64,000 nucleotides of DNA from an uncultured candidate division Zixibacteria bacterium (GTDB lineage Bacteria > Zixibacteria > MSB-5A5 > GN15 > FEB-12), in assembly GCA_963806185.1 (NCBI GenBank), contig CAWDXE010000001.1:896001-960000 (forward strand), given 5' to 3'. Position numbers and translations under genes: made by a program. The number at the start of each line of letters is the position of its first letter. The stretch's first letter is position 1. This document shows positions 10,223 to 19,569 of the stretch, one piece after another. Below the pieces are notes generated by a model. The model was not told the origin of the DNA, searched no databases, and saw nothing but the letters and a program-made list of their open reading frames with translations.

Positions 10223-11641
10223 CTAAGCTGTTGCGCGCGCGGTTTGTCGGATTATCTCCCACGCCGCGGTTACATCGGACTCTGTTACGTGCGTCTGGCT
10301 GATCACCATGCGAAGGGTGTAGGCGCCGCGCAGTTTCGTGTGAGTCAGATAGAGTTTGCCGGTAGCATTGAGCGCCGCGAGCAGGCGTTCGTTGTGCGCG
10401 TTGAGTACCTCCGGATCGTCCATCCCCTTCGGATGATGACGGAAACAGACCAGCGTGAATGGCGTCGGCGCCAGTAATTCAAAATCCCCGGCCGCCTCGA
10501 GCCAGCCCCGAAATTTCTGCGCCAGCGCAAGATGGGCGCGAAAGATCGCCTGCAGCCCCTCTACCCCATAGGTGCGAATCACGAACCAGAGTTTAAGGGC
10601 GCGAAAACGCCGTCCGAGCTGAATTCCCCAGTCGCGATAGTTGTTCACCCGGCTGCCCTCGGCGGTCTTGAGATATTCCGGGAGCACTTCAAAGGTACGG
10701 ATGAGGGCTGCCTTGTCGCGAATGTAATAGGCCGAGCAGTCGAAGTTGGTGAGCATCCCTTTGTGCGGGTTAAACACGAAGGTATCGACATACTCGATCC
10801 CGTCGAGATACTGCCGCATTTCCGGCAGAAGCAGACAGGTGCCGGCGTAGGCGGCGTCGACATGCAGGAAGATCTTGTGCTTGCGGCAGATTTCGCCGAT
10901 AGCCCGCAGGGGGTCCACAGCGGTGGAGCTGGTGGTGCCGATAGTGGCGACGGCACAGAGCGGCGTGAAGCCATGCTCGATGTCGCGCATGATGACTTTC
11001 TCGAGCAGGTCGGCGCGAAGAGCGAAGTTGTGATCGACTTCGATCTTGCGAAGAGAGTCGCGGCCGAGGCCGGCGATCTTGACCGCCTTTTCGATCGACG
11101 AGTGGGTTTCGCTCGAACAATACACGGTATAGCGTGGACGGCCAGATAGGCCGTGCTCATTAATCTGAAAATCCGAGTGCCTCTCCCTCGCCGTGACAAT
11201 GGCGCAAAGCGTGGCGGTGGAGGCGGTGTCCTGAATGACGCCGGTGAATTCGTCGGGCAGTCCGATCATCTGGCGAAGCCACTGCATGACCCGTTCTTCG
11301 AGTTCGGCAGCGGCGGGCGACGTCTGCCAGATCATGCATTGCGGCGCGAGAGTGGCGGTCAGCATTTCGGCGAGCACCGACGGCGCGCTGGAATTAGCCG
11401 GGAAATAGGCGAAGAACGACGGGTGCTGCCAGTGGGTGATGCCGGGCATGATGATGTGTTCGAAGTCGGCGAAGATTGTTTCGAACGGCTCTCCCCCGAG
11501 CGGCGGATTGGCTGGAAGCTGATTGATAACGTCCTTCGGCTGGACTTGCGACTTGACCGGATACTGGCGGACGTTTTTCAGGTAGTCGGCCATCCAGTCG
11601 ACCAGCTCGTGAGCATGTTTACGAAACTCCTCGTGGTCCAT
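10223..11641 (-). CDS. Aromatic-L-amino-acid (DOPA/Trp) decarboxylase family enzyme
   Basis: PGITHWQHPSFFAYFP, SPAAAELE, HVDAAYAG, NPHK, LGRRFRALKLW. Confidence 0.93.
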   Translation of the reverse strand: MDHEEFRKHAHELVDWMADYLKNVRQYPVKSQVQPKDVINQLPANPPLGGEPFETIFADFEHIIMPGITHWQHPSFFAYFPANSSAPSVLAEMLTATLAPQCMIWQTSPAAAELEERVMQWLRQMIGLPDEFTGVIQDTASTATLCAIVTARERHSDFQINEHGLSGRPRYTVYCSSETHSSIEKAVKIAGLGRDSLRKIEVDHNFALRADLLEKVIMRDIEHGFTPLCAVATIGTTSSTAVDPLRAIGEICRKHKIFLHVDAAYAGTCLLLPEMRQYLDGIEYVDTFVFNPHKGMLTNFDCSAYYIRDKAALIRTFEVLPEYLKTAEGSRVNNYRDWGIQLGRRFRALKLWFVIRTYGVEGLQAIFRAHLALAQKFRGWLEAAGDFELLAPTPFTLVCFRHHPKGMDDPEVLNAHNERLLAALNATGKLYLTHTKLRGAYTLRMVISQTHVTESDVTAAWEIIRQTARATA

Positions 11642-12045
11642 AGTCGGAAGATAGCAGGAGTAAACTGGTTGCGCATCGGAGAAAATTATTTATCCCGATT
11701 TTGTCCTAATTACGCGGAGAGTCGCGAAGATCGGGCAGGCGACGATGTAGGGTTGGAAAGATGTTGCTCAAAATGGAGTCCGTGTATACTATTCTCTTAA
11801 GGCACAATTCCACAGCTGAATCCTAATTGCGCACACGGCGATCGAGCGGCATTTGACCTCTCTATGATCTGTGGTGTGACCACTTAGCTAATTTGACATC
11901 AAAACGATGATCCGCTGCGCGCAATGCGTGGGGGATGAACGATATCACACGTAATAGTCTCTGACCATTGCAGAATACTGCCATCAGCAATAACGGGATG
12001 ACGGCTGACTGTGATCGACGTCAAGGACGCGTTGGAGGTAGTTCT

Positions 12046-14496
12046 ATGGTGAAGAAGTGGGTTGCCGCCGTGACCGTGGTGCTTTTGAGTGCTGTATGGC
12101 TGTTTCCGATTGCAGCTAGCCGGGCCTCGGAGAGCACTCAATCAGGCGACGTGGTGAAGCAATGGCAAGAGCGGTACGCAGTGTGGTCAACGGGGGGGAG
12201 TATTGAAACCACCAAACAGGCGTCAACTGCTGCTCAACCGATGGTACCGAATGCGCATGTCAGTTTCGCCGCTCCGCCCGGCGAAGATCATAATGCGGCA
12301 GTATCGTTGAGTGAAACCACGCCGGGCGAGGTGTACAGCGTTTACTCCGAGTTCCAGGGACCCGGATTTGTCCCCAAAATTCTGGGAAGCGCGTTTTCGC
12401 CAGGGGGCGGTGTGCCGGGTTCATGGATATCTCTCGGACCGGTGCCGCCTACTCCGCCGTACTCGGATCAATGGAATCCGAGCATCAGTTCCCACCCGAT
12501 GGGTGGATTTCTGGCGGCGTCAACCGGCCACCTTATGCCGCCGTATCTCGGTCCAGCGGGCATCCTGGTGACCATCAGCGGAGGCGGTGGCGCGCCGTTT
12601 GTGATGTCGCCGGCTGCGCCGTTGATGGTCAACGTGCCGGGCGCGACCTGGGTGGATTTCCCCGTTCTGAAGATGGATGATATTGTGGGGAATCCGGCTC
12701 CCGGCTTTGGATCAGTTCACGTAGCGTGGGTACAGTACATGGATGGGGATGGCGATCCGGCCGGGGATGGAAACCTGTTTAACGATCCGGCCGACGTATT
12801 CAACATCCGTTACGCGTACTCGAATACGCTAGGTGGAGGAATCCCGTTCCCGGCCTTTTCTGCACCGGTGATACTCAACGCGGTGCCGGGTCCACTGCCG
12901 GTTAAGGTGTTTGACCATCAGGCACACCGGCCGTCGTTAGCGGTGGTCGGTCCGATGCCAAGCATGCCGCCGGTAGCTGCTCCTCCGGGAGCGGTATATA
13001 TCGCATGGATAGGCGCCAATATGATCTGGTTGGATGCCTCTGTCGCCCCGGCGGCGGGCGCTCCGTGGGGCTTGCTCACGGGCGGTGCAGGACCACTGCC
13101 GCTATTTCCGTTGCCGGCCATATTGCCGCCGGTCCGCAATTCTCCTATCAAGGTCTCGCAAGAGGTCGGCCTGGCGTTTGATCGCGGGCCGATGTTTCCG
13201 GGAGCGCTGTACCTGACGTGGGCGGATATATCGAACGGCGATGCCGACATTTTCTTCGCCCGTAGTTTCAACGGGGGCACGGTGTGGTCGGTGCCGATTC
13301 GCGTCAATCAGGATCCGATAGGCAACGGACTGGATCAGTGGGGGCCGCAGATCGATGTCCACCCGGTAACGGGTGAAATCCGCATTACGTACTATGATCG
13401 TCGCCTTGACCCGGCGAATACGAGGATTCAGACCTGGGCGTCGAGTTCGATGAACGGCGGCATCAACTGGGCAGATAACATCTTGAGTTCAATTGGGCCG
13501 ATCGCCCCGGTGAGCACGCAGATTCTGGCTGTTCCTGTGCCCAATCTGAAGGTGATCGGTGATTACCTGGGAACGGACGTCAACGCGATCAACGGCTGGG
13601 CGCATATCTGGAATGACGGTCGTAATGGCGGCGATCAGGATGTGTATTATGAGTACAAGCTCTTGGTGGATACTGACGGCGACGGTATTCCGGATGTGAT
13701 GGATAATTGTCCGACTGTGCCGAATCCGCTTCAGACCGATGCGGATGCCGACGGTATCGGCGACGTGTGCGACAACTGCCCGACCGTCATAAATCCGACG
13801 CAGATCGATGCGGACGGCGACACCTTCGGTGATGCCTGCGACAATTGCCCGACGGTTATCAATCCCGGCCAGGGGGACGCCGACCTTGACGGCATAGGCG
13901 ATGCCTGCGACAACTGTCCGAAGGCATCGAATCCGCTGCAGACGGATACGGATGGTGACACCTGGGGTGATGCCTGCGACAATTGCCCGACCGTCTCAAA
14001 CCCGCTGCAGACGGACACTGATGGTGATACGTTCGGCGACGCCTGCGACAATTGTCCGACAGTAGCGAACCCGTCGCAGACAGACACCGACGGCGACGGC
14101 TTCGGCGACGGCTGCGACAACTGTATGGTCATCTTCAATCCGGGTCAGGCGGACGGCGACGCCGACGGTGTTGGTGATCCGTGCGACAATTGTCCGACCG
14201 TTTGGAATCCGGCCCAGATTGACACGGACGGCGACGGGTTGGGTGACGCCTGCGATCCGTGCTGTGTGGGTACGGTTGGCAATGTCGACTGCGATCTGCT
14301 CGACGGGGTCGATATCGGCGACCTGACGACCCTGATCGACAACCTATTTATCAGTTTCAATCCGCTGTGCTGCAAAGCAGAGGCAAATTGCGACGGTGAT
14401 TCAGGTTGCAGTATCGATATTGGCGATTTAACGGCGCTGATTGACAACTTGTTTGTTAACTTCACGGCGCTGCCGAGCTGCGGTTTCTGCCCATGA
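12046..14496 (+). CDS. Secreted protein: Pro-rich Asp-box propeller, thrombospondin type 3 repeats, dockerin-like C-terminus
   Basis: GGAGGT then MVKKWVAAV signal peptide; Asp-box-like [10 protein letters not shown] and SMNGGINW; DxDxDGxGDxCDNCP repeats; duplicated GNVDCD..VDIGDL / ANCDGD..IDIGDL. Confidence 0.85.
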   Translation: MVKKWVAAVTVVLLSAVWLFPIAASRASESTQSGDVVKQWQERYAVWSTGGSIETTKQASTAAQPMVPNAHVSFAAPPGEDHNAAVSLSETTPGEVYSVYSEFQGPGFVPKILGSAFSPGGGVPGSWISLGPVPPTPPYSDQWNPSISSHPMGGFLAASTGHLMPPYLGPAGILVTISGGGGAPFVMSPAAPLMVNVPGATWVDFPVLKMDDIVGNPAPGFGSVHVAWVQYMDGDGDPAGDGNLFNDPADVFNIRYAYSNTLGGGIPFPAFSAPVILNAVPGPLPVKVFDHQAHRPSLAVVGPMPSMPPVAAPPGAVYIAWIGANMIWLDASVAPAAGAPWGLLTGGAGPLPLFPLPAILPPVRNSPIKVSQEVGLAFDRGPMFPGALYLTWADISNGDADIFFARSFNGGTVWSVPIRVNQDPIGNGLDQWGPQIDVHPVTGEIRITYYDRRLDPANTRIQTWASSSMNGGINWADNILSSIGPIAPVSTQILAVPVPNLKVIGDYLGTDVNAINGWAHIWNDGRNGGDQDVYYEYKLLVDTDGDGIPDVMDNCPTVPNPLQTDADADGIGDVCDNCPTVINPTQIDADGDTFGDACDNCPTVINPGQGDADLDGIGDACDNCPKASNPLQTDTDGDTWGDACDNCPTVSNPLQTDTDGDTFGDACDNCPTVANPSQTDTDGDGFGDGCDNCMVIFNPGQADGDADGVGDPCDNCPTVWNPAQIDTDGDGLGDACDPCCVGTVGNVDCDLLDGVDIGDLTTLIDNLFISFNPLCCKAEANCDGDSGCSIDIGDLTALIDNLFVNFTALPSCGFCP
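13669..14260 (+). repeat. About 8.5 tandem 69-bp (23-aa) TSP3 Ca-binding repeats
   Basis: Unit [23 protein letters not shown]. Confidence 0.9.
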
Positions 14497-14524
14497 TGCA
14501 AGGGCGCCAATTTCGGTAGAGAGA

Positions 14525-14552
14525 GAAAGCCGCTCCGCGAGGGGCGGCTTTC
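14525..14552 (+). terminator. Intrinsic terminator with GNRA loop
   Basis: gaaagccgctcc-gcga-ggggcggctttc. Confidence 0.7.
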
Positions 14553-14635
14553 GGCTGCTTGTCCGGCAATGGCACGATACTCCAATTGGGAATCTTGCTT
14601 GCCAAAAGCCGACGGTAAATGTTTCTTGGACAGAT

Positions 14636-15472
14636 ATGATCCACAAACGAACATTGATGTGTGTTCTGGCCCACCCGGATGATGAATCGCTGGGAACGGG
14701 CGGAACGGTGGCAAAGTATGCCGCCGAAGGGGTGGCGGTTCACCTGGTCTGCGCCACGCGCGGCGAACGAGGCAGGTATTTTGACGCCACGGAGAAACCA
14801 CCGATGGAGGTGATTGGTCAGACCCGCGAGGCGGAATTGCTTGCGGCAGCGCGAGAGCTGGGTATCGGCGAAGTGAGCTTTCTTGATTATATCGACGGCG
14901 ATCTGGACAGGGCCGAGCCTCACGAGGCAATCGCCAGAATCGTGACGCACATCCGTCGCGTCCGGCCGCAAGTCGTGATTACGTTCGGGCCGGAAGGGGG
15001 GTATGGTCATCCCGACCATATCGCCATTTGCCAGTTCACGACGGCAGCCTGCGTCTGCGCCGCGCAGGCCGGTTATGAGCCGGAGTTGGGTGAACGGACG
15101 TCGCCGCACGCGGTGCAGAAATTGTACTACATGCAGTTCTCGGTGAAGAAAACTGAAGCATACAAGGCGGCTTTTCGCGACCTGCGCACCACCATTGACG
15201 GCGTGGAACGTCGCTTTGACGGGGTTCCCGACTGGCAATTGACTACCCGGATTGATACCAGCGCCTACTGGCCGCAGGTCTGGCGGGCTATCCAGTGCCA
15301 TCAGACGCAGCTATCGATATACACCAAGCTGACGTCACTTCCGGAGGAGCATCATCAGTATCTGTGGGGAACGCAGGAGTACTACCGGACCTACAGTCTG
15401 GTGAACGGCGGGCGGGACAAAGAACGGGACTTGTTTGAGGGGGTACAGAGCCGATCGAAATCGGCCCTGTAG
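14636..15472 (+). CDS. PIG-L/LmbE family N-acetylglucosaminyl deacetylase (MshB/BshB-like)
   Basis: AHPDDE, TRGE, RxxE, YGHPDH, HQTQ. Confidence 0.9.
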   Translation: MIHKRTLMCVLAHPDDESLGTGGTVAKYAAEGVAVHLVCATRGERGRYFDATEKPPMEVIGQTREAELLAAARELGIGEVSFLDYIDGDLDRAEPHEAIARIVTHIRRVRPQVVITFGPEGGYGHPDHIAICQFTTAACVCAAQAGYEPELGERTSPHAVQKLYYMQFSVKKTEAYKAAFRDLRTTIDGVERRFDGVPDWQLTTRIDTSAYWPQVWRAIQCHQTQLSIYTKLTSLPEEHHQYLWGTQEYYRTYSLVNGGRDKERDLFEGVQSRSKSAL

Positions 15473-15492
15473 CATCTCAGTATCCGGTGTGC

Positions 15493-16218
15493 TCAGATAC
15501 TGACAGTAAGCACGAGGTGCGCCACTTCCTGACACGGATTGAGAATAAAGGTGGCCGCAACCGGCAACTCCAGTTCGGCTGAGAATTTCATCTTCTTTGT
15601 GCCCTTCACGCCGACATTGATGATCTGAGCGTCATCGGTGCCGTAATAGCCGGGATTCTCCGAACTTCCGCCCGTGCCTCCGATGAATATTCCCATGTCG
15701 ATATCTTTCACTGTGAACGGGTAGTCCAGTTGAAAGTAGGTGTTGTTGCCGGCGTCGTTGTAAATATTGACGTAGCCGGACAGAGTCAACGGAAGTTGAG
15801 TCGGACCGGTGTACGACAGGCCGGTTTCAAGCAGGTGCGCCCCGGCACCGTCGGGGTTGTCATAGTTGTTGAAATTGAAAACTCTGATACCGGCAGTCGG
15901 GAAGTAGTAATCAACGATAGTGGCAGTGAGACTGCCGGATCGGCCCAGGTGAATAGTGTACCCCGCCCAGGTATCGACTTCTTCGAAGTCCGAAGAATAC
16001 GATCCCCAGAATCCAAACTGGAGATTCCCCAATTGAAATTCCAAGGACGGCTGAAGGGAGACGGCGTCACCGAAATCGAGGCCGCGCCAATTATAACGGG
16101 AGACGATGTCGGCCCCGACTGCCGAAGTCACGCCTTGTGCCGCGGCCGTGTTAACAAGCATCACGATTGGAATCACCATCAGTAACGGTAGAATCAAGCA
16201 CTTTGCAACTTGCGTCAT
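15493..16218 (-). CDS. Putative outer-membrane beta-barrel/porin (TorF-like) downstream of amt
   Basis: Signal peptide AAA-Q; VSRYNWRG, LQPSL, WGS, EVD...GY, DYYF; amphipathic C-terminal strand. Confidence 0.72.
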   Translation of the reverse strand: MTQVAKCLILPLLMVIPIVMLVNTAAAQGVTSAVGADIVSRYNWRGLDFGDAVSLQPSLEFQLGNLQFGFWGSYSSDFEEVDTWAGYTIHLGRSGSLTATIVDYYFPTAGIRVFNFNNYDNPDGAGAHLLETGLSYTGPTQLPLTLSGYVNIYNDAGNNTYFQLDYPFTVKDIDMGIFIGGTGGSSENPGYYGTDDAQIINVGVKGTKKMKFSAELELPVAATFILNPCQEVAHLVLTVSI

Positions 16219-16232
16219 ATCATCTTCCCTCA

Positions 16233-17465
16233 TTACAATCTGAGACCAGATTCTTCCTGATATGCCTTTTCACCGTGAAGGGAGCTGTCAAGCCCAGCCT
16301 CTTCCTCGTCGACAGTTGTTCGCACTCGCGTAACGAGATTAATCAGGACCAACATCAGGTAAGTGAAACCGAACGCATATATTGAAGAGCCAACAACAGC
16401 CATGAGCTGCTTCACAAAGAAAGAGCTGTTCCCTGCAAGAAGGCCATCCGCACCGGCGGGATTGACGGCCGTACTCGCCATCAGGCCAAGCAGGATGACA
16501 CCGATGGCACCGCCGACGCCGTGCACGCCCCAAACGTCGAGGGCATCATCCCACTTCAGATAGTTTTTCAAATTGACGGCGAAGTAACAGACGACACCCG
16601 CAATGATTCCGATGATCGCCGCGCTGGTGGGCGTAACGTACCCGGCGCAGGGGGTAATGGTCGCGAGTCCGGCAACGGCGCCGGTGAGCAGGCCAAGGAA
16701 TTTCGGTTTCTTCTCGAAAATCCAGGCGAGCAGCATCCAGGTCGGACCGGCAAACGAGGCGGCAATATCGGTATTCAGAAAGGCGACACCGGTGACAGCG
16801 TCGACTTTGAGCTGACTGCCGGCGTTGAAGCCGTACCAGCCGAACCAGAGCAGGCCGGTGCCAAGAGCGACAAGAGGGATGCTGTGAGGCACAGAATCGC
16901 CGACCTTTCGTCGCCCAACGTACAACACGGAGGCCAGGGCGGCCATACCGGCGATGTTGTGAACGACAATACCACCGGCAAAATCGAGCACGCCCCATTT
17001 GGCAAGCAACCCGTTGCCCCAGACCATATGCACGAACGGGAAGTAAACAAAGGTCAGCCATCCGACCAGGAAAAGCAGATAAGCGCTGAAGCGAATGCGG
17101 TTGGAGAAGGCGCCGGTGATCAGGGCGGGAGTGATGATGGCGAACATCATCTGATAGGCCATGAACACAAATTCCGGAATGTTTCCTGTCCCGAAGGGCG
17201 AAACAGTATTGAGGGTGACACCGATCATGAAGATCTTGTCGAAGTTGCCGATCAGGCCGCCCTCGCCGCCGCTGAAGCAGAGCGAGTAGCCGTAGGCCCA
17301 CCAGATGATGGTGGTGAGGCCCATCGACACGAAACTCTGGATCATGATGGTGAGCACGTTCTTGCGACCGACGAGGCCGCCATAAAAGAAGGCGAGGCCG
17401 GGTGTCATGAGCATCACCAAGCTGGTCGCCACCAGCATGAAGCCGGTATTGCCGCTATCAAACAT
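16233..17465 (-). CDS. amtB: Ammonium transporter
   Basis: MTPGLAFFYGG, DFAGGIVVH, WFGWYGFNAGS, DDALDVWGVHG; both conserved His present; AGGAGG RBS. Confidence 0.97.
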   Translation of the reverse strand: MFDSGNTGFMLVATSLVMLMTPGLAFFYGGLVGRKNVLTIMIQSFVSMGLTTIIWWAYGYSLCFSGGEGGLIGNFDKIFMIGVTLNTVSPFGTGNIPEFVFMAYQMMFAIITPALITGAFSNRIRFSAYLLFLVGWLTFVYFPFVHMVWGNGLLAKWGVLDFAGGIVVHNIAGMAALASVLYVGRRKVGDSVPHSIPLVALGTGLLWFGWYGFNAGSQLKVDAVTGVAFLNTDIAASFAGPTWMLLAWIFEKKPKFLGLLTGAVAGLATITPCAGYVTPTSAAIIGIIAGVVCYFAVNLKNYLKWDDALDVWGVHGVGGAIGVILLGLMASTAVNPAGADGLLAGNSSFFVKQLMAVVGSSIYAFGFTYLMLVLINLVTRVRTTVDEEEAGLDSSLHGEKAYQEESGLRL

Positions 17466-17519
17466 GAGTTTCCTCCTGTGGCACGGCACGGTCCGAGCCG
17501 CGCCCATGCATGTTCAAGG

Positions 17520-17586
17520 AAGGTAGTTTGGCTCTGCGTGATTCGACAATCAGGGAAATCCCGAAAGGAGCGTAGGAATTTCCTTA
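17520..17586 (-). promoter_or_regulatory. amt promoter with two candidate LuxR/NarL-type boxes
   Basis: TAAGGAAATTCCTA (17586-17573) and TCGGGATTTCCCTG (17564-17551), 22 bp apart, next to TTGTCG-N18-TACCTT. Confidence 0.6.
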
Positions 17587-17612
17587 CGCAAAAAGCGGAT
17601 GGAGTTGGTAGT

Positions 17613-18266
17613 CTAATCGACGGAGATTATCTTCTCGCGTATGGCGTATTGGGTCAATTCGGCGACACTGTGCAGGTTGAGCTTATCCATAATATTCTTG
17701 CGATGAGCTTCAATTGTCTTGGCACTGAGATTGAGGCGGGCGGCGGCTTCCTTTGTATTCTTCCCTTCGGCGATCAGTTGGAGTACCTCACGCTCGCGAC
17801 TGCTGAGCACCAAAGCGGAGCCGGTCCGGGCTTGATCGGCGATCGCCACGTAATCGTTGACGAGAAGTCCGGCCACGCGACTGGAGAGGTAAACTTCACC
17901 CGCGACTACGGCTTTGATCCCGGAGACCAGTTCTCCCATTGCCGAGTCTTTCAATAGATAGCCGCGGGCGCCTGCTTTGATAGATTCGGTGACAAACTTT
18001 TGATCGGAGTGCATGGAAAGTATCATCACTTTGCAGCGGACGCCCTCCTGCTGAAAACGGCGGAGCACCTCGATCCCGTTCAAGCCGGGCATGGAGATGT
18101 CGAGCAGGATGATATCAGGGGCGCATTCCCGGGCCAGCGCCAGCGCCGACTGACCATCGATTGCTTCGCCCACAACCTCGAATCCACCATGCTGTTCGAG
18201 AATCGATTTCAGGCCGGCGCGAAAGAGCTGGTGGTCATCGGCCACCATGATCCGAATGTTACTCAT
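17613..18266 (-). CDS. NarL/LuxR family response regulator
   Basis: ADDH, LLDISMP, YLLK; LuxR HTH LSSREREVL...KTIEAHR. Confidence 0.95.
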   Translation of the reverse strand: MSNIRIMVADDHQLFRAGLKSILEQHGGFEVVGEAIDGQSALALARECAPDIILLDISMPGLNGIEVLRRFQQEGVRCKVMILSMHSDQKFVTESIKAGARGYLLKDSAMGELVSGIKAVVAGEVYLSSRVAGLLVNDYVAIADQARTGSALVLSSREREVLQLIAEGKNTKEAAARLNLSAKTIEAHRKNIMDKLNLHSVAELTQYAIREKIISVD

Positions 18267-19485
18267 GGCGAACCACCTTCGCTAATGGGACGGTGAGACA
18301 AATGGCAGCACCCTTGCCGACCGAGGAACTGATGGTCATGTCGCCGCCGAGGAGGCGCATCCGTTCCCGAACACTGAAGAGACCAAACTTGCCGCTCCGG
18401 GCAAGGGAAGCCATAACGGCAGGTGCGTCGAAGCCGCGGCCGTCGTCGGTGATAGTAATGCTGATTTGCGCATCGTCGCCGTGCACAGTGATAGTGGCGG
18501 TTTTGGCATCGGCGTGACGAACGGTATTGGCGAGGATTTCCTTTACGGACTTGAACAGGACAACGGCCTGCTCGGCAGGGACGGTTCCGGGAAAAGCGGA
18601 CGAATTCACCGTCACGTGCAATTTGTGAGTCCGGGCAAGTCTTTCGGCGAGCCACTCGAGAGCGGCAATGAGGCCAAATTCATACAGAACAGGAGGGCTG
18701 ATTTCGAGGGTGAGAGATCGCGTGTAACCGATCGTCTGGTCGAGCAGCGCAACCACCTCACCGAGGGCATCCTCGAAGCCGCAAAACACGGCATTTCCCT
18801 GAAGCTGCGAAATGCGCAGTTTCGTGAACGCGAGCGCCTGGCCCACGTGATCGTGCAGGTCGCCGGCGATTTCACGCCGTTCACGCGCTTCGGACAACGA
18901 CAGCTCCAGGGTCAGTCGCTGCAGTTGTTCCTGATACTGCCTGATCTGCGCGGCGGCGCGGCGCTGTTCCTCGACCTGCTCGCGGAGCGTGATGTTGGCC
19001 TGCTCCAGTTCATGCGTGCGGTCTTTGACCAGTTGTTCGAGATTAGCGCGCGCGTTGACAAGTGATTCGTCGGCCTGGCGATGTTGCAGGTGTGCGCGGA
19101 GCATCTCAGCCAATGAGTCGATCAGATTGCGCTCTTCGGCCAGAAATGGTCCCTCGGCAAGGGTGGGCCGCGCTTCCAGATAGCAGATTTCGATTTCGCC
19201 CGCCTTGCTATTGTCGACCGGGAAGGTGGCCGCCTGGCGCCACTCTGTTCGGCGGAAGTTAGACGTGGAAACAACCAGGCCGTCGAACTCGATTCTTGCC
19301 GCAGTGACGCCGGGGTATTGCCAGGCCTCGGGGAGAAACTCGACGAGTTCCTTCAGAAGATCAGGCAGTTGCCGGAGGTGGTTTTGCAGCAGACGAGCCG
19401 TGCGATGGAGCGCGGTCAATTCCTTGACGCGTTCGCGCAAGTTGTATTGCGCTTGATCATTGGAAGAACCGAGTGGATCGCTCGT
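18259..19485 (-). CDS. Soluble sensor histidine kinase (GAF-like, HisKA_3, HATPase); start uncertain (ACG 19485 or TTG 19440)
   Basis: ERREIAGDLHDHVGQ, NTVRHA, DDGRGF, FGLFSVRER; no transmembrane segment. Confidence 0.9.
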   Translation of the reverse strand, partial: TSDPLGSSNDQAQYNLRERVKELTALHRTARLLQNHLRQLPDLLKELVEFLPEAWQYPGVTAARIEFDGLVVSTSNFRRTEWRQAATFPVDNSKAGEIEICYLEARPTLAEGPFLAEERNLIDSLAEMLRAHLQHRQADESLVNARANLEQLVKDRTHELEQANITLREQVEEQRRAAAQIRQYQEQLQRLTLELSLSEARERREIAGDLHDHVGQALAFTKLRISQLQGNAVFCGFEDALGEVVALLDQTIGYTRSLTLEISPPVLYEFGLIAALEWLAERLARTHKLHVTVNSSAFPGTVPAEQAVVLFKSVKEILANTVRHADAKTATITVHGDDAQISITITDDGRGFDAPAVMASLARSGKFGLFSVRERMRLLGGDMTISSSVGKGAAICLTVPLAKVVRHE

Positions 19486-19569
19486 ACCGCCTCCAGCACC
19501 ATCATGTCAGTCGTTCACTACTCGCAAACATACCATGCGATCGCCGACTTTGCAACTCGCACCGGTTGA

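Noticed and set aside
11680..12030. Riboswitch or ncRNA in the long intergenic region
   Set aside because: No recognisable conserved motif or convincing structure by eye; an Rfam search would be needed.
13669..14260. CRISPR-like or DGR-like repeat array
   Set aside because: These are in-frame 69-bp coding repeats with synonymous variation; no spacers, cas genes or reverse transcriptase.
17479..17496. sigma54 promoter (TGGCAC) at amt
   Set aside because: It is on the wrong strand and lacks the -12 TTGC.
16521..17957. Long antisense ORFs (also 59..415, 7581..8534, 28234..29727, 46207..47166)
   Set aside because: Shadows of well-supported genes in GC-rich DNA, with no recognisable motifs.
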